DNA of 62,417 bases, the filler included, from Choristocarpus tenellus KU-1152 (taxonomy: Eukaryota; Protista; Phaeophyceae), in the NCBI GenBank assembly GCA_964200185.2. It is 13 parts of 13 records of this genome, joined end to end, with 100 filler letters (N's around TTAATTAATTAA, not from the genome) between each part and the next. Parts side by side here need not be neighbours in the genome. Positions count along the whole stretch, not along the records: positions 43,737 to 48,260 come from CAXNAD020014165.1; positions 48,361 to 51,678 come from CAXNAD020020838.1; positions 51,779 to 54,851 come from CAXNAD020022513.1; positions 54,952 to 62,417 come from CAXNAD020006111.1; 9 more parts are not named here. One strand, written 5' to 3'. The position numbers and the translations under genes were made by a program. Positions 45,582-58,997 of the stretch are shown here, piece after piece. The first letter of the stretch is position 1, and the number at the start of each line of letters is the position of its first letter. The notes beneath the pieces were generated by a model that saw only the letters and a program-made list of their open reading frames with translations, searched no databases and was not told the DNA's origin.

Positions 45582-48527
45582 AATTCCTCGCTGGATGCCC
45601 TTGCCCTTTTCCTTGCAACTTGGTGTGCGGTCAACACACAGCAACAATAGTAGGTGGTGTCCTCAATCTGTGTCTCTTATCTCCTCAATTTTGAACTGTT
45701 GTTGGAGGCGTTTTTTGCTGTTGGAGGGGAAAGAGAAAAGGAGAAAAAAAACACCACTAAAAACATACACATACATAATTACATCAATACATACATATTT
45801 TTCAACTCAATTTTGACACCACAAACAAAATATGACAAAAGAAACGTACATCTTTGGAACGTACAACATACTCTTAGACTTACTTTTTGGAACAGGGTTG
45901 AGGTCATTTGTTAGATAAATATTTTATTGAGTGATCTTTTCCCCAGCTCCAAACCAAAAATTGTCAAGTACTCGAGCGAACACGGTATTTGTTGCCCATC
46001 ACAGGTTGCTAAAGGTCCTTGATAAGAGCCCCGTGTGTCAGGAAGTACTTCGCTGAGTTGTGGTCAGTGATCTTGTCGTATGCACATCGTCTGCACATAG
46101 CTGGGCAGACCTGAACTCACGCCCTTGACGGGTTATTGCCAGGTCTGATGGACCATCGGAGAAAGAACCACTCGCACAATCAGAATGAGCTGGGTACGCG
46201 TCGTCTGAGGTCAGTGTCCTAGTCAAAGGTCTGTAGTGTGGAAGTGAAAGGAGACAAGAAAGAGTGCCTTTTGTGTAAACCCTTGCTTCGTGGAAGGTTG
46301 GCGTGATACTGTGATTGACGTATTTCAAAGAGGACATAGGTCGCACGCTTACTCGTTACGCTGAGTGTCTACCTTATATCCCGATCAAAGTTCCTCTTTG
46401 TCCTCTCTGATCGGTACTCTTTATGATTCTTTTGTTAGACTACTGAATCTTCACTTCCCATGAATGAAACGATCCCGATTTGCAACTCTGTTCTCCATCA
46501 ACATTTCATAGCTATTATGCCTTGGATGGGGTGGATGACGATGGAAGCGATATCGACCTGTTGGGAGACAAGGCGGTGAGAGTACCCCGAGCACTATCGG
46601 GACTATTTTGGCAAGGGCTGAGGAAGTCTATATGTGGATCAGATGTTGGTGTACTCCCCCCACTTACATCCTTCCGCCCAACAACACATGAGCCTGTCTA
46701 CGTTCTGACAGGGTTCTCCTGTTTAAAGTTTGATACGGTTACTCCATCAAGGGGCTGTGACAGCACCAGCACTGCGACCAATTGCCACAACTTGGCCCCT
46801 GAACTTCGAAGTACTTACAACCTCTCCAGGGGCTGAACGAGACCGTGTTGCTGCCCAACTTATCACTCCATGCCACCAAAATCGTTTGCCTGAGATACAG
46901 GGTTTTGCCCATGCGGGGTTGCGAAAGCGTGGCGTGGAGCCCAACAGTCACAACTACGAACCAGACGAAAGCGAGGTTTGGCGAGCTCATCAAGCGCAGA
47001 GGCACTTCAGGGATAGGGGGAAGTGAGTGTGGCGGGCTCTGATAATTGTGTTGACCTTGCTTCCCTTGTATTCGGTGACAGAGCATTTATGGTATTGAAC
47101 ACCATTTGTTTGGAAAATTTGCTTTGATGTCCAAGTGGATTTGCTGTGCATATCCAATGGTAAGGATGACATGTGAAATGAGTTCCAGCAGTACACAAAA
47201 TGTGTGCTGCTTGACTCATCTTGGGTGATGCCGTGCATTGTTTCTAGGAAACGGTTATGATGATAGTATCATTATTGTTATTATCACTGTCCACTCCAAC
47301 AAAGTTTTTTCCCATCCATGTCGGCCTATGTTGATAAGAGCCATGAGTGAACTACTTTCGAAGCAATCGCTTTACTTATTTCGTGCTGTACCCTCTTGAA
47401 GCACAACGGTTGTTCTTTGAGGCCACACCCTGTGCTTCATACCAGGGTAAAAGTGTGCATATCCGATTTATGGGCGGCCCACCGATTTTTGACGAAAAAT
47501 CGGAAATTTCCAGTGAAGACACACATTGTGGGGGCCAGCGGATACGAACAATGATACCAATGTGTGTCTATACTGCTGATGGTGTAAACTTAATCCATAC
47601 TATACCTTCGTTGCTTTCTTTCACCCTCACATTGTACTGTCGACTTCATTATCTCTATACTCCCCTGCTTGAAACCTGCAAGGAGCCCTGCTGGCTCTGC
47701 CCACTGCTGCTACAACTGAGGGCATATTTTACTGATTTATAGAAAAATTATGCAGTATGCAAAACTGAAGTGTACCAGGACATTTTTTTTTTTTGCACTC
47801 TAGCAACCTTTGACGCGACAGAATTCCCTATTCCCAATCTTAACAAACCTTACCCTAATCTCGCCTTGAAAAGCGCCTAGAGATTCCTAGCACAATAAAG
47901 GTTCAAGTGTTTTTTTTTACACTTAACGTTTTTTTTATCAACCACACAGGCCATGTTAAAAAAGAAAAGAAAAAAACTCGCATCCTATTTAATGTGTCGC
48001 CTGTGGGTTTTGCTGTATCATACCTACTTGGTTGTGTCACTTTTTTGGAAGGAAACTGTAAACTACAAGCCATAATGGTTGCTGTATTGTGGGCTATGCC
48101 CCCCCTCCCCATCGATAATTTGAGAGGTCTCCTGATCTCCTTTGTTTTTCTCGTGACGTTTACTCCTCCACTGTCCTTCCCCTTTCCTTTTGGTGTAGCA
48201 ATTGCTTACTTACCCCTTGACTGGGGTCGTCCCCCTCACCTCGAATCCCCCCCCCTCCCCNNNNNNNNNNNNNNNNNNNNNNNNNNNNNNNNNNNNNNNN
48301 NNNNTTAATTAATTAANNNNNNNNNNNNNNNNNNNNNNNNNNNNNNNNNNNNNNNNNNNNCCCCCCAGAGCCAGAGGGGAGGATGGACAAGACTATATTA
48401 TTATATTCGCTAACATGTGTTGTCGTTTTTTCGTTTTCTTTTTGCATGTTTTGAAAAAAAAAAAATTTCATCAATGGCATGAGATATAATGTATGTGCAT
48501 ACATTTCTTTTCATATTTTTTTAACAG

Positions 48528-51438
48528 GGTGTTTCTGATGCTAGGGGAGGCGTTGGGTCAATGGGCCTGGATATTGATGGCGATCGGGAAACCGACAGTG
48601 GAGCTGTCGTTGCTGGAGAGGGGGTGGGGCAGGGGCAGAGGGGTCAGGGCCATACCCGATGGCGGGGGGAGGAGGAAGGTGGCTCCTTTGATGGGGAGGG
48701 GAGGGGGGTAGGAGATGATGGTGGGTTCGATGAGTACCACAACAGTCAGGTGAGGGAGGTTATTTTATTTCATTTTATTTTACTTATTTATTACTTTTTG
48801 TGTCAGTCTATCTATCATATGATGAAAGTGTCTGTCAGGTTAGGGGTAATCTTTTGGCGATTTCTTGGTGTACCTTGACGGATGTGAACTACCTTGACAG
48901 ATGTGAACTACCTTGGCACATGAGGCTGGTGTTATCTGATCTGCTATCTGATCACGTGTTCCATTTTGATGTTGATTTTTGAGCTTTGGTTTTTTTTGTA
49001 GTACCGGGTATTAGTTTTTTATTTTACCTTTTATTATTATTCCTCGAAAGGGCCCTTACCAACCTCACGAACCCCCCTCATGTATGTACTGTATAGACCA
49101 AGTAAATGCTGTAACTACTGGCTCTCTCATGTATGTACTGTATAAAACCAAGTGTTTTGTAACTACTGGCTCTCTCATGTACGTACTGTATAAAACCAAG
49201 TGTTTTGTAACTACTGGCTCTCTCATGTACGTACTGTATAAAACCAAGTGTTTTGTAACTACTGGCTCTCTCATGTACGTACTGTATAAAACCAAGTGTT
49301 TTGTAACTACCGGCTCTCTCATGTACGTACTGTATAAAACTAGTGATCTGTGTCTGTCTGTATGCTCCCAGTACTGGGTCTCATCCTCATGCCCAGTACA
49401 AGACAAGTAACTGATAGGTAAGTTCTTACCCGGGTGAGATTTTGATGCAACACCTTGACTTCAACATAAACCTGCCTTGCAAGAAAAGACACAAGCTGTG
49501 TGCACAACCCTTTCTTGGGGTCCGGACCCCTCCTGGACAGTGTGTCCTTTTTTTTGTGTGTGTGTGATTCATTGGGTGTTTTTGAGGGGGTGAGTTTTGT
49601 GAACAAAGCGCTTTTTCTTTCTGTTACATTCTCTGTGTTTTTTTTTTAGTAGGTCAGTTGGTTGAATGCAGTGAACGATTAGATTTTCCATGGTTTTGTT
49701 CCTATGTGACTGTGACTGTACAACATTGACTGTACAACATTGAGTGTGACTGTACAACATTGACAAGCAACGCGAAGAGTAGCACTGAAATGGGATACAT
49801 TGAAGTGAAGTGTATTCCCTGAGGGAGGAGGCGTTTTGTTGACCACGTTGCGAGCACGTGCGTTCTGGATTAAGACAAGCAATTTCAATTGTTCCTGTTT
49901 TTAGTGTGGTACAAATAGAGCCAGTGGGAGCAATAGAGCCAGCGGGAGGAGCACAGCTGTTCACCTGTCTCGCTGGAGAATGGTCAATCTCGTCAATCTC
50001 GATTTTTGAATTGTAAAACGCCGTCAACCTTTTTAGTTCCGTATAGAGAGGGAGCAACAGACTTGGATTCCTTAGTTCTTCCTTGGCTGTAAGCTACGCA
50101 CGCTAGTCTGCAGGTGGGGTGTAGGTTGTGATGCTGATGGAGAAGTTCGTGATATATATATATATATAGGTGTCCATCTCTTGTCTCTCGCCCAAGATTT
50201 TAACGGAGTGTGTTTTGTGTTTTGTGTTTTTGTTTATGCTTGTACTTCCTCTTGTCAGTGTCGGTTTGAACAGCTGGTACGGACAAGGAAAAGTAATGCA
50301 TTGGGAAGGCGTTTCTGGATGCTTTTGCAGTGGGTGGCGTAGTGTAGGTGTGCTTGAATTAGGTCTGTTTTTGTTGATGCTTTTTGTAGTAAATGTTTCC
50401 TGGTAGTGGGTTTTGCCCGTGCTGGTAAAAAGGGTTATGGACATGTGGTGCCATTTTGTGGGTACTATAGAATAGCTTAGCCTACCTTGCTAACTGTTTG
50501 AGCTCCTATGTTGAAGAGAGTGAGTGGGTAGATGGGGGTCAAACTTGTGAATTGCCTGGTATATGCATGCATGTGTGTGTGTTGTGTGTCAAATAGGGCC
50601 CTACTGCGTGAGGTCTTCAAGATTTTGAAACAAGGTGACTGAAGGAAGTACAAAGTGCTCTGCTCTAAGCCTAAGAGAGTGGTGTTAAAATCCCCTAACC
50701 CTACCCAAATTGCCCTAAACTTTACCCTGAGTGTTGCAATGCCCTAAACGTAACCAAATCTCCCTAACCTTAACTCTAAGAATGTGATATTGGTCTAACC
50801 CTAACCCTCAGGGTATTACCATGCTCTATCTCCTTTGTCACGTGTACCTGCCCTGTGCCTGCCCTGTGCCTACCCTGTGTCCCCACAGGGAGACTGGAAG
50901 GGTGTTATGGAAAACACTCTTTCCTCAGCACAGCATGGGATGAAGACTGTGATCAACTCCAAGACCGCCAAGGACCTGCATAAAAAGTCTGCTCAGGTGC
51001 AATTTTCAATTCATATATAAAAATACATATATTTGTATGTATGTACTTGTGTCTCTTGATAAAATAACCCTAATCCTATATTCTGTAATATATATATATA
51101 TATATTTGCCTCCTTTTTTTAGTACTACAATATGTATGCCCAATTCTACTGTCAACCTCCCACCCCCTTCCCCTTCCCCTTCCCCTCCCCCTCCCTCCTC
51201 CTTGCACTGATTGTGTTCTCTGTGACGTATGTTAACATTATTAATAATAATATAATTTAATGATGTAATTTAATGATGTAATTTAATGATGGTAGGTGGC
51301 AAAGTCGATGGGCACAGGGGCAAAAAAACTTTGGAAGACATTCAACAAAGTTGGGGGGGGCTCGCAGCTGCCATCATTGGAGGCCCTGGACAACCTACAT
51401 AACATTGCCGCTATGCTGGACACTCCTTTCTCAAAGGA
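48528..51438 (+). CDS. Internal exons of an uncharacterised protein, possibly leading into an ELMO domain (48528-48749, 50889-50996, 51296-51438)
   Basis: Phase-0 compatible GT-AG exons: a Gly/Asp-rich segment, GDWKGVMENTL...HKKSAQ, and VAKSMGTGAKKLWKTF...EALDNLHNIAAMLDTPFSK. The last segment resembles the L..l....pfd start of ELMO domains (weak). Confidence 0.6.
49078..49340. repeat. Intronic minisatellite, 48-bp unit x5.5
   Basis: Unit CTCTCATGTACGTACTGTATAAAACCAAGTGTTTTGTAACTACTGGCT, with near-identical copies and no spacers. Confidence 0.95.
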
Positions 51439-51778
51439 GTGAGTACAGCCTGTTCCCCCCCCTGCCCACAATGATGAGCTATGTATGTTGACAGCACTTA
51501 GTCAACCCTAGCCCCCCCTCCTATTATATGGAGGGAGTGGTGCCTTCGGGTAGTGGTTGTGGCAGTTATGTGGTAGGGTGCATGTGTTTGGGTGTGCGTT
51601 CTCCCCCCCCCCCCCTCGCACTCCATCACTTGTCTTCCACAGTTTCAAAGGTGTTTGGGTGGCTTGGTGGCTAGGAGGNNNNNNNNNNNNNNNNNNNNNN
51701 NNNNNNNNNNNNNNNNNNNNNNTTAATTAATTAANNNNNNNNNNNNNNNNNNNNNNNNNNNNNNNNNNNNNNNNNNNN

Positions 51779-51856
51779 GGCTCCGGCATGGTGCACCCCA
51801 AGGGGATCGCCGCTGGCGGCGTCGACCCGGATGTCTATCAGGGCTTTGCGTGGGGC
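51779..51856 (+). other. pheS: Fragment of bacterial (alphaproteobacterial-type) phenylalanyl-tRNA synthetase alpha subunit at a contig start
   Basis: [26 protein letters not shown] matches PheS G.GMVHP.Vl...G.DP..y.GFA(F/W)G. It is GC-rich and switches abruptly to AT-rich sequence. Confidence 0.85.
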
Positions 51857-54247
51857 GATTGGTCAATAGTTTCAGATATCCACCTCTTCACATCAAGCGA
51901 TTGCTACCATTAGTAAGAACATACACCTTTTTAAAATGTATTTTATGTGGCTACAAATATTTTTTATGAATGTCACATTTTATTGTCATTATAGTTACAA
52001 TCATTGCTAATGTCAACCGAAAGAGTGTTGAAGTTGAAGTTGAAGTTGTTGAAACTTGATCGTGTAGAAGAATTTCGATTAATTCGATCCAGCCGTGGGC
52101 ACACAATGGGGCGCACGCAACACGCTCGTAGATGGTACTCATCGCTGAGTGGAGTGTGGTACGGGGAGGAAGAGAATTCTGAAGCCTCCCTGAGTCTCAG
52201 CAAGCAGATTTGAGGCCATGAATGTCTACTGAGTTGTGGGTAGTGATACCTTGTGAATAATATGTGCTTCTGTGACCTCTGACTGGTTAAGTAGTTATAT
52301 TGTGCTTGTATTGTGATAGGAAAATATCACTGAATAGATGAACGTTTTCAGTTAAATGGTTATTTGGTTATTCCAGTTGAATGAAGAGAAGTTGATTGTA
52401 CTATTGCCGTTCACAGCACTGATCATCATCATCGCCATTATCATCATAATCATAATCATTGTTGTACTGATGTTCTTCTTACTGCTATTGTGACTATTAT
52501 TATGGTTGCTGGTACTGGAGTTGAAAATTCAGGAGATGAGCAATTGATATTTTAAAATTGGAAAATATATTGAAAATCACTGGAGACGCGCTGGTGAGTG
52601 TTTTTCTTTTTTCTGGATGACAACTGTATACAGACAAGTGTCTGAGCTGACATTTAATGTTTAATGTAGGGAATCGCAGCAATTTATTGAAACCGAAAAT
52701 TGAGCGGGAACTTTGATTGGTTACTTCTTGCGCAAATGTGCGCTGCTTGCTACGCTCATGGAGTTTGGCGACTTGTGTATCTCAATTTGTGTGGTGCATG
52801 TAAAATGTCTTGGTTATAATGAGTATGTGGGAAATTTTCCAGTCAATTATTGAAGGTTATGCTAGTCTTTAAGTGATTTAGAAGTTTTGATTTACAGCAC
52901 TAACAGTCTTATTGTTTGGTCATCGCTTACTGCGTCTCATCCTATATCCCTCTTCACAAGAAGCAAATGTGGACATTAACAACTTTCTTAAGTGTGAGTG
53001 AACACTACATTATCATGACACAAAACCTTTTTGTGTATATTAAGGGGGGGCAGAAATGTGCACTTCTTTATTCCACAAAAAAGACTTCTGTTGCAATTCT
53101 GCCAAAAACTTTACGAAAATTCAGAGTCATTGCTGTAATTTTTTTGCTTCCTTGTGCAGCTTCAACTGGGCTCAATCAGAGTTTCATGTTGGCAATACAT
53201 TTTTATGTTTATTAAAAAAAACAAACCTGTCAGGCACTCATCATCTAAAACATCAAGTACCACAAGTAGTCTGAATATGGACATACATCAGCTTACAGTC
53301 AGAGATGAGAAGATTCAGGTCGAGTCCTGTGCACCCATCTGTAACATAGATGCCAGGCTTCTTCTCATAGAAACCCGATTTCGATGATCCAGTTTCATGT
53401 GGCAAGGACAATGGACTGTATTCCTACCTGTCTGTACTATTCCGTATGTCACTATGCCATAACGATTGATTCACTAGATCAGGGTGACAATGTTAAGGTG
53501 AGTCCAGGATAAGGTTTGAGGGAGGAGAATGAGCAACGAGTGAGTGGTTAGATCGCTGAATTCAACCTGTGAGAAGAAAGGCATGAATAATGGAGGTAGT
53601 ACAATTAGTGTTGTATTATTAGTGCAACCGTTAAGTTTCTCTGGCCACAGTTTGGTATTGTCCCCAGACTAAAGTTAGTCATAGTAATATCTCACAGCCC
53701 TCAAGTAAAACATTCAGTTGATCAATATGGTTTAAGTAATCTTGATATCTGACGATGCTATCCCTATCCCTAGCCTAAACTGGAACAGAGGGTTATGGTA
53801 GGGTGTTGCTAGGTTCATACTACTGTGAAACCAGTGTTAATATTGTGGTAATGAAAATGATCTCCCATGAAGCATGTAAATATTGTGTGTTATGGATGTA
53901 TGATAGTCATAGGAACGCCCTTGACAACCCTAACTCTCCACCTTCCCCTCCTCCTTCTTGCATGCCATACCATGTTGCAACATCATAGGGACCTGGTACT
54001 GATCCACGTGCAATTGATATAATCCGGAGAGGGGTAGAGGAAGGCCGGTAAGCAGGACTTGATTTGGGCGTTTGAATAGAGGGGGACTAATTTCGGAATT
54101 GCTCTGTAATTATTTTCATAATTTCTATATTTGCGTTGGATTGATTGATGTTGTTGTTGCCATCATTATTAGGTTGATTGAAAGTCGTTATTGTTGTTCT
54201 TATTGTTATTTTCTTTCTATAGTGTTGGCAGTCGCCTCTAGGATCAG

Positions 54248-54569
54248 ACTGGTCTTGATTTTTTTGAAAAGGTTGCCCAACGAGTTAAACAATGATCAGC
54301 ATATCGAATGAGAGCTCTTGATCTAAGCTATTGATTTCTGGAAAGAAAATTCTTCCGCAAAATGATTTTGGTAAGGTTAAATTTTAACCGAATATTTTGG
54401 GCACAAACTTGAAAAAAAATGTTTTGGAATGAATTATCATACCCCAAAAACATTTTTGTGGAAATATTTCTTTGGGTAAATCAATAGCTCAGATCAAGAG
54501 CTTTCATTTGATAAGCTAATTGTCGATTAACTCGTTGGGCAACCTTTTAAAAAAAAAATCAAGATTGGT
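54248..54569. mobile_element. MITE with ~90-bp inverted termini, related to 17653-17964
   Basis: TCTTGATTTTTTTGAAAAGGTTGCCCAACGAGTTAA...AGAGCTCTTGATCTAAGCTATTGATTT is inverted at ~54478-54565; the GGTCTTGATT end and GATCAGCATATC motif are shared. Confidence 0.8.
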
Positions 54570-54951
54570 AACCGCCAAAACGGTACCTGGGTGGGCCTTG
54601 GCTTAATACTGTTTAAATCACTCACAAGACACTTTGGCGAGTTGTCGCCTGCCCCTCACAGGACACTGTGAATTGAACCCGATAGAGATGGTCTGGGGGC
54701 GGGCGAAGCACTATGTATGAGGCCACTGTGAATACACGTTGCCTGGAATGAGAGCCAATATTCCTGCCAGTCTTAAGGAGGTATGGGGGCTGTCCAGAGT
54801 AATTGTGGAGAGGTTCTTCAGCATGAGTATTGCTTACCACCTGATATATTCNNNNNNNNNNNNNNNNNNNNNNNNNNNNNNNNNNNNNNNNNNNNTTAAT
54901 TAATTAANNNNNNNNNNNNNNNNNNNNNNNNNNNNNNNNNNNNNNNNNNNN

Positions 54952-55091
54952 ATGGGCTTGACCCAAAATTGACTGGGATAAAGTGTCGATATGTTTTTTT
55001 TTGTATTGTCATTTTTTTTTAAAACATATCGACACTTTTATCCCAGTCAATTTTGGGTCAAGCCCATCCTTAATTTTTGAAATTGGCTGTT
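54952..55091. mobile_element. Foldback MITE (same family as 41986-42222), left end cut by the contig start
   Basis: Hairpin ATGGGCTTGACCCAAAATTGACTGGGATAAAGTGTCGATATG...CATATCGACACTTTTATCCCAGTCAATTTTGGGTCAAGCCCAT, then TTTTTGAAATTGGCTGTT. Confidence 0.85.
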
Positions 55092-55094
55092 ATC

Positions 55095-55410
55095 TGCAGG
55101 CGAATGGGTGTAGCCCGTATGTTGGAGGATGGCAGCCCCTTCACTATCAATCACATTTTCTGGATGGATGCGGTCTTCCATGCAGGAGCTCTCTCCAATG
55201 CAGCTACTGCCCCCTACAGAGAAAAGGAACCATTTCCTGAATGCGGCCTTCACTGAATTAGAAGCGGACTTGCCACCTCCACAACCTATCAAGCAGTGAT
55301 AAAGTCGCCACTGCTGCAGCAGAGACCCGTAAGCATAGCCACTGCAGATATCTCTCGAACCTTGTAGACTTATTATCTTACCCCTCCGTACACTGAGGGC
55401 GTACGGATCA
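55095..55410 (+). mobile_element. Third RLE-LINE fragment, decayed
   Basis: EDGSPFT...MDAVFHAGAL...APYREK...LNAAFTE is homologous to 33375-33520. Confidence 0.7.
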
Positions 55411-57929
55411 GAATTCTGAAATATGTGCGTGGGATTTTCCACTTCTGCTTTTCGTCTATGGATTGTTCTGTGTTGCGAATTGACAATCGCAACATTGGTC
55501 CCTAGGGGGTGTTTGCCATTCTTCCTTGTACCTTTGTTGCCTGTCAAGGAGTGTCATGATTTATTTTTCTTGTACAGCAAGACATACTACTGGTCGCTGT
55601 TTGATGCATCTTGCAATACAAAATGTTCCTTTGGTCTTACAACTAATTTTGGCATGCCTAATCCGTGTGAGGTGAACGAGAACATGAAAAAAGGAGTGTG
55701 CGAAATATTTTATTTGTTGTGTTATTATCGAACATCAGGCTATAGTGCACCTGGGCCACATTCAAATTCTCGTATTGTAGCAAGAATAAACCAACAAAGC
55801 AGCTTGAAGCAATACAACTCAAGGGTGAGGAGAACCTGAATGGATCATGCTACCCAAATACGACACAGACCAGGAACCTGCTTCCATGGACATAAATGCT
55901 TCTATGCTTTCTGCCTACCTTGCAGTGGATTCCTGCTCCCGAGGTCTTGGCTTCTAGGCAGCCTTTACGAACAACCTTATGTGTTGGTCAAGTAGTTCCC
56001 TTTTCGCCTAGTTCCTTTCGGATAGCGTCACGCATGTGGCATGTACTCCCATGGGAAGGGGTGCTACCCACGTACACGTTGTCCGTCTCCCATACATTAG
56101 GGTGGAGTGTCCCGTCTGTACATATCTTGCGCTGGAGGGGGAGGAAACTATCTTGTTCGGCACAGGCATGCGATGCTTGAGGTGAAAGTTGTGCAGGTGA
56201 ACACAAGCATGTGAAGCAGGGATATTTCCCCAAGCATGCACAAGCATCCGAAAAGCTTGCTTGACGGCAATGTTGGTGTTGGATTGATGACCATTGAAGG
56301 CGGTGTTCATGGACACCAAGCCTGAAACAGTACATGGCATCACACACTGCCTGGGAGGGGTGGAGGAATGATTTGGACACGTTCATAGCCCACCTTATCA
56401 ATTTTTTGTTGCTAATAAATGTGAAGAGTTCGTTAGATATCCGAGAGCAAGTACAATTGAATGCACAGTTTCGACAGGAGGCGAAAATTCCTACGTATTG
56501 AATCCATCGAACGAGTTTTATTACCAATGGGTTCAGTCCATATTCCTTCTTGTACCGGATACACTTGAGGGAGACAGGTTTGACACGAACGAACAGTTGA
56601 TCAACTGTACTAACACATCTAGACATAATACCGCTAAGACTTCCTCCCAAATTCGTCCACTACACAGTCCAACTCGTCCTCCGACAGCCAGTCCAGTATG
56701 AGTTCCTTGCAATTCACGATTGCAAGCACAACCCTCCTGACGATCTCCTATGTTGTCGCTTTGGTGATGGAAGCGATCTCCATGAACTCATAGACACTGC
56801 CATGAGCCAGAAACCGGAAACCGCAGGCAAGAGCGCTTTCATGGAGCAGTCCTGTTCTAGACTTGGCTTATCCTTTTCTCCCTTTTTATAGACGGGTGTA
56901 GGAGACTGTGCAAAGCAGAAAAGGACAAAAGTCCATGCGGAATAATTCGCGAAACGTGTAGTCCTGCAGCGTAGTCCCGATGTGGATATCTCATGATCGT
57001 CTCAAACGTCCCACCAACGATGAACGCGTACTTCAACCCTCTTGGTCCCTGATGCCCACAATTATCGCAAGGAACAAGAATAATTGTGTGTACTGAACAA
57101 CAAGCATCCCAGCCACATTTGCTCCAGTTGCCATCCTTAAACTCCAGACGTTGGGGGGATGTTACGTAATATCTCCTTGTATTACCCTAGTACAGTGGTT
57201 GCGAGGTGATATCCAAGTGTGGTGTGTCGTGGATAGGATGTTGAGATTGGCTAGTACTTCAAGACTGAAAAGGTGGGGACGTATGGGGTTGTGGTTTTTA
57301 AAATCCATGTAGGACTTTTACTCTATTTCACTCCTCATATTATAACACACACAAAAAAATCCATTTTGAAAACTAACAATGGAACATTGTCCCTTCATTG
57401 AAGGTTCATCACATTACAATAAATGTGTATAGATTCCTATGCTTTCAATGGAGGCTACCTTGATGAAGTGGGGGAAGACTAGGGAAGCATCTCAAGAATT
57501 TGCAGTCCCCCCTTCTTGCCCACCTGTGTGCCCGGCCATGGTCTCTACCTTGAAACGCACGGAAGCGTCTCGAGAAACCACTCGTGCAGTAACGGCGACT
57601 ATCTGCCCCAAACAAGACTTGATAGTCCCTTTCCTGTTATGCCCCCCAGTCCATCTTTCCCCTGCTGCATGGTGGGTACCCAAATCATCCATGAAAATAT
57701 CTACTACTTGCATACCAAGGGGCCCAACAATTTCCTTGACGAAGATGTTGGCATCAAAAATATGAGGATCAACAGATCGTTCATTGGGTGCGATTTAGAG
57801 CATCGCTCCTACGGCAGCTGGTTGTATTATACATACTGAAGGAGCACATGTGTTCGGTTTGGTCGACTCATTGGTATGAAGCAAACTCTTTACAACTTAC
57901 ATTACTTTGTCCTCTAATAAGTTGCAGTT

Positions 57930-58450
57930 GTGTCAGGGAAAACTGAAACTATATTTGGTTTCCCCCCTGACACATCTGCAAAATGTCAGAGGGCATAATA
58001 ATATAATATCATAAGGACTACTACTGTTGTTTAAAGTAGAGCAGTTGACCTAAATATACCAAGACACCTCTCCAAGAAATATTTACCTGTTAAAAAATAG
58101 CAATAAATTACTTACACATAGATAGTCCTTGTTGTGATATTTTTGAGGGGCTTTTCCCTTCACAAATTTGCAAAGTGTTAATAGGCACATTAATATAATA
58201 TTCCCTAGCTCCTCATCCTGGGGTGCAGGACTATCTTAGGCTGGAGTCACAGACAGGAGGGCATTGGTGTAGTATAGCAGTAAAATGGCATAAATTGATG
58301 AACGAAAAATGTCTTGGACATTTACCATAATTATTACTTTTTTAGGGGTTGTTCTGACATTTGAATGGTTTTTCATTGTTTTTTCCAATGACACATCTGA
58401 AAAATGTCAGATGGCATAAAAATACAATATATTACATAGAACTACATCAT
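57930..58450. repeat. Dispersed AT-rich repeat (two partial copies), also inverted at ~34120-34260
   Basis: TGACACATCTG.AAAATGTCAGA.GGCATAA occurs at ~57968 and ~58389; its reverse complement lies at ~34140-34170. Confidence 0.65.
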
Positions 58451-58997
58451 CAGCTAAGTAACGTTGTTCACATCATAGCCAACTCTTGAGTAATGTTGGT
58501 TGGTCTTTTCGTTTGTTGGTTGGAATGATGATGAGCACCCACATTCGATGTTGTGCAATCACTGTTGTGTTAACCCTATCAAAACCTAGAAACCCACAAT
58601 CTCTCACTTTTCGTTGGATGTTTTTGCGACCTTGTTTCCATGGTTCTGGTTTCTAGTATTGTTCCTAAATTCATTCATATTTATTACCAAAAAGTTACGA
58701 AACGCCGAAACCCCAAAGTCTGAGCAAACTAAAAAGTCTCACCCTTTCCTGTGCCAAGGGTCTTAGAGGTCAAGGTCGTTCTTTTCCGTAAAAGCAAAAA
58801 ACTGTTTCCTCCATCGGAAGTCGGAGCCACCTGTTGGATCCATCCGATAGTAAGGAAAACCAAGTCTTGGAGGGTTTCTCTTGGATACAACTCTTGGCGA
58901 TGACAGTGTGACTCGAGCCCAATTGCCTCAGATCCCGAGTAACGGAAGTAGAAGGAAAAGGTGGTGTGACGTTGGCCGGTAATTATCCAAGTGGTCT

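Noticed and set aside
46038-47086. Overlapping ORFs suggesting a retroelement
   Set aside because: No RT, integrase, protease or Gag motif recognised.
49078-49340. CRISPR array or repeat-protein gene
   Set aside because: No spacers; the ORFs on both strands arise because the 48-bp unit is a multiple of three.
50597-50634. Extra exon (ALLREVFKILKQ) of the contig 11 gene
   Set aside because: Its phases are incompatible with the flanking exons without introducing stops.
52004-54840. Protein-coding gene in contig 12 (several GT/AG-bounded blocks, e.g. ~53298-53425 minus)
   Set aside because: No recognisable domain, and I could not build a consistent exon chain.
55988-56650. 220-aa minus-strand ORF as a real gene
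   Set aside because: No recognisable motifs; the opposite strand looks more like decayed coding sequence.
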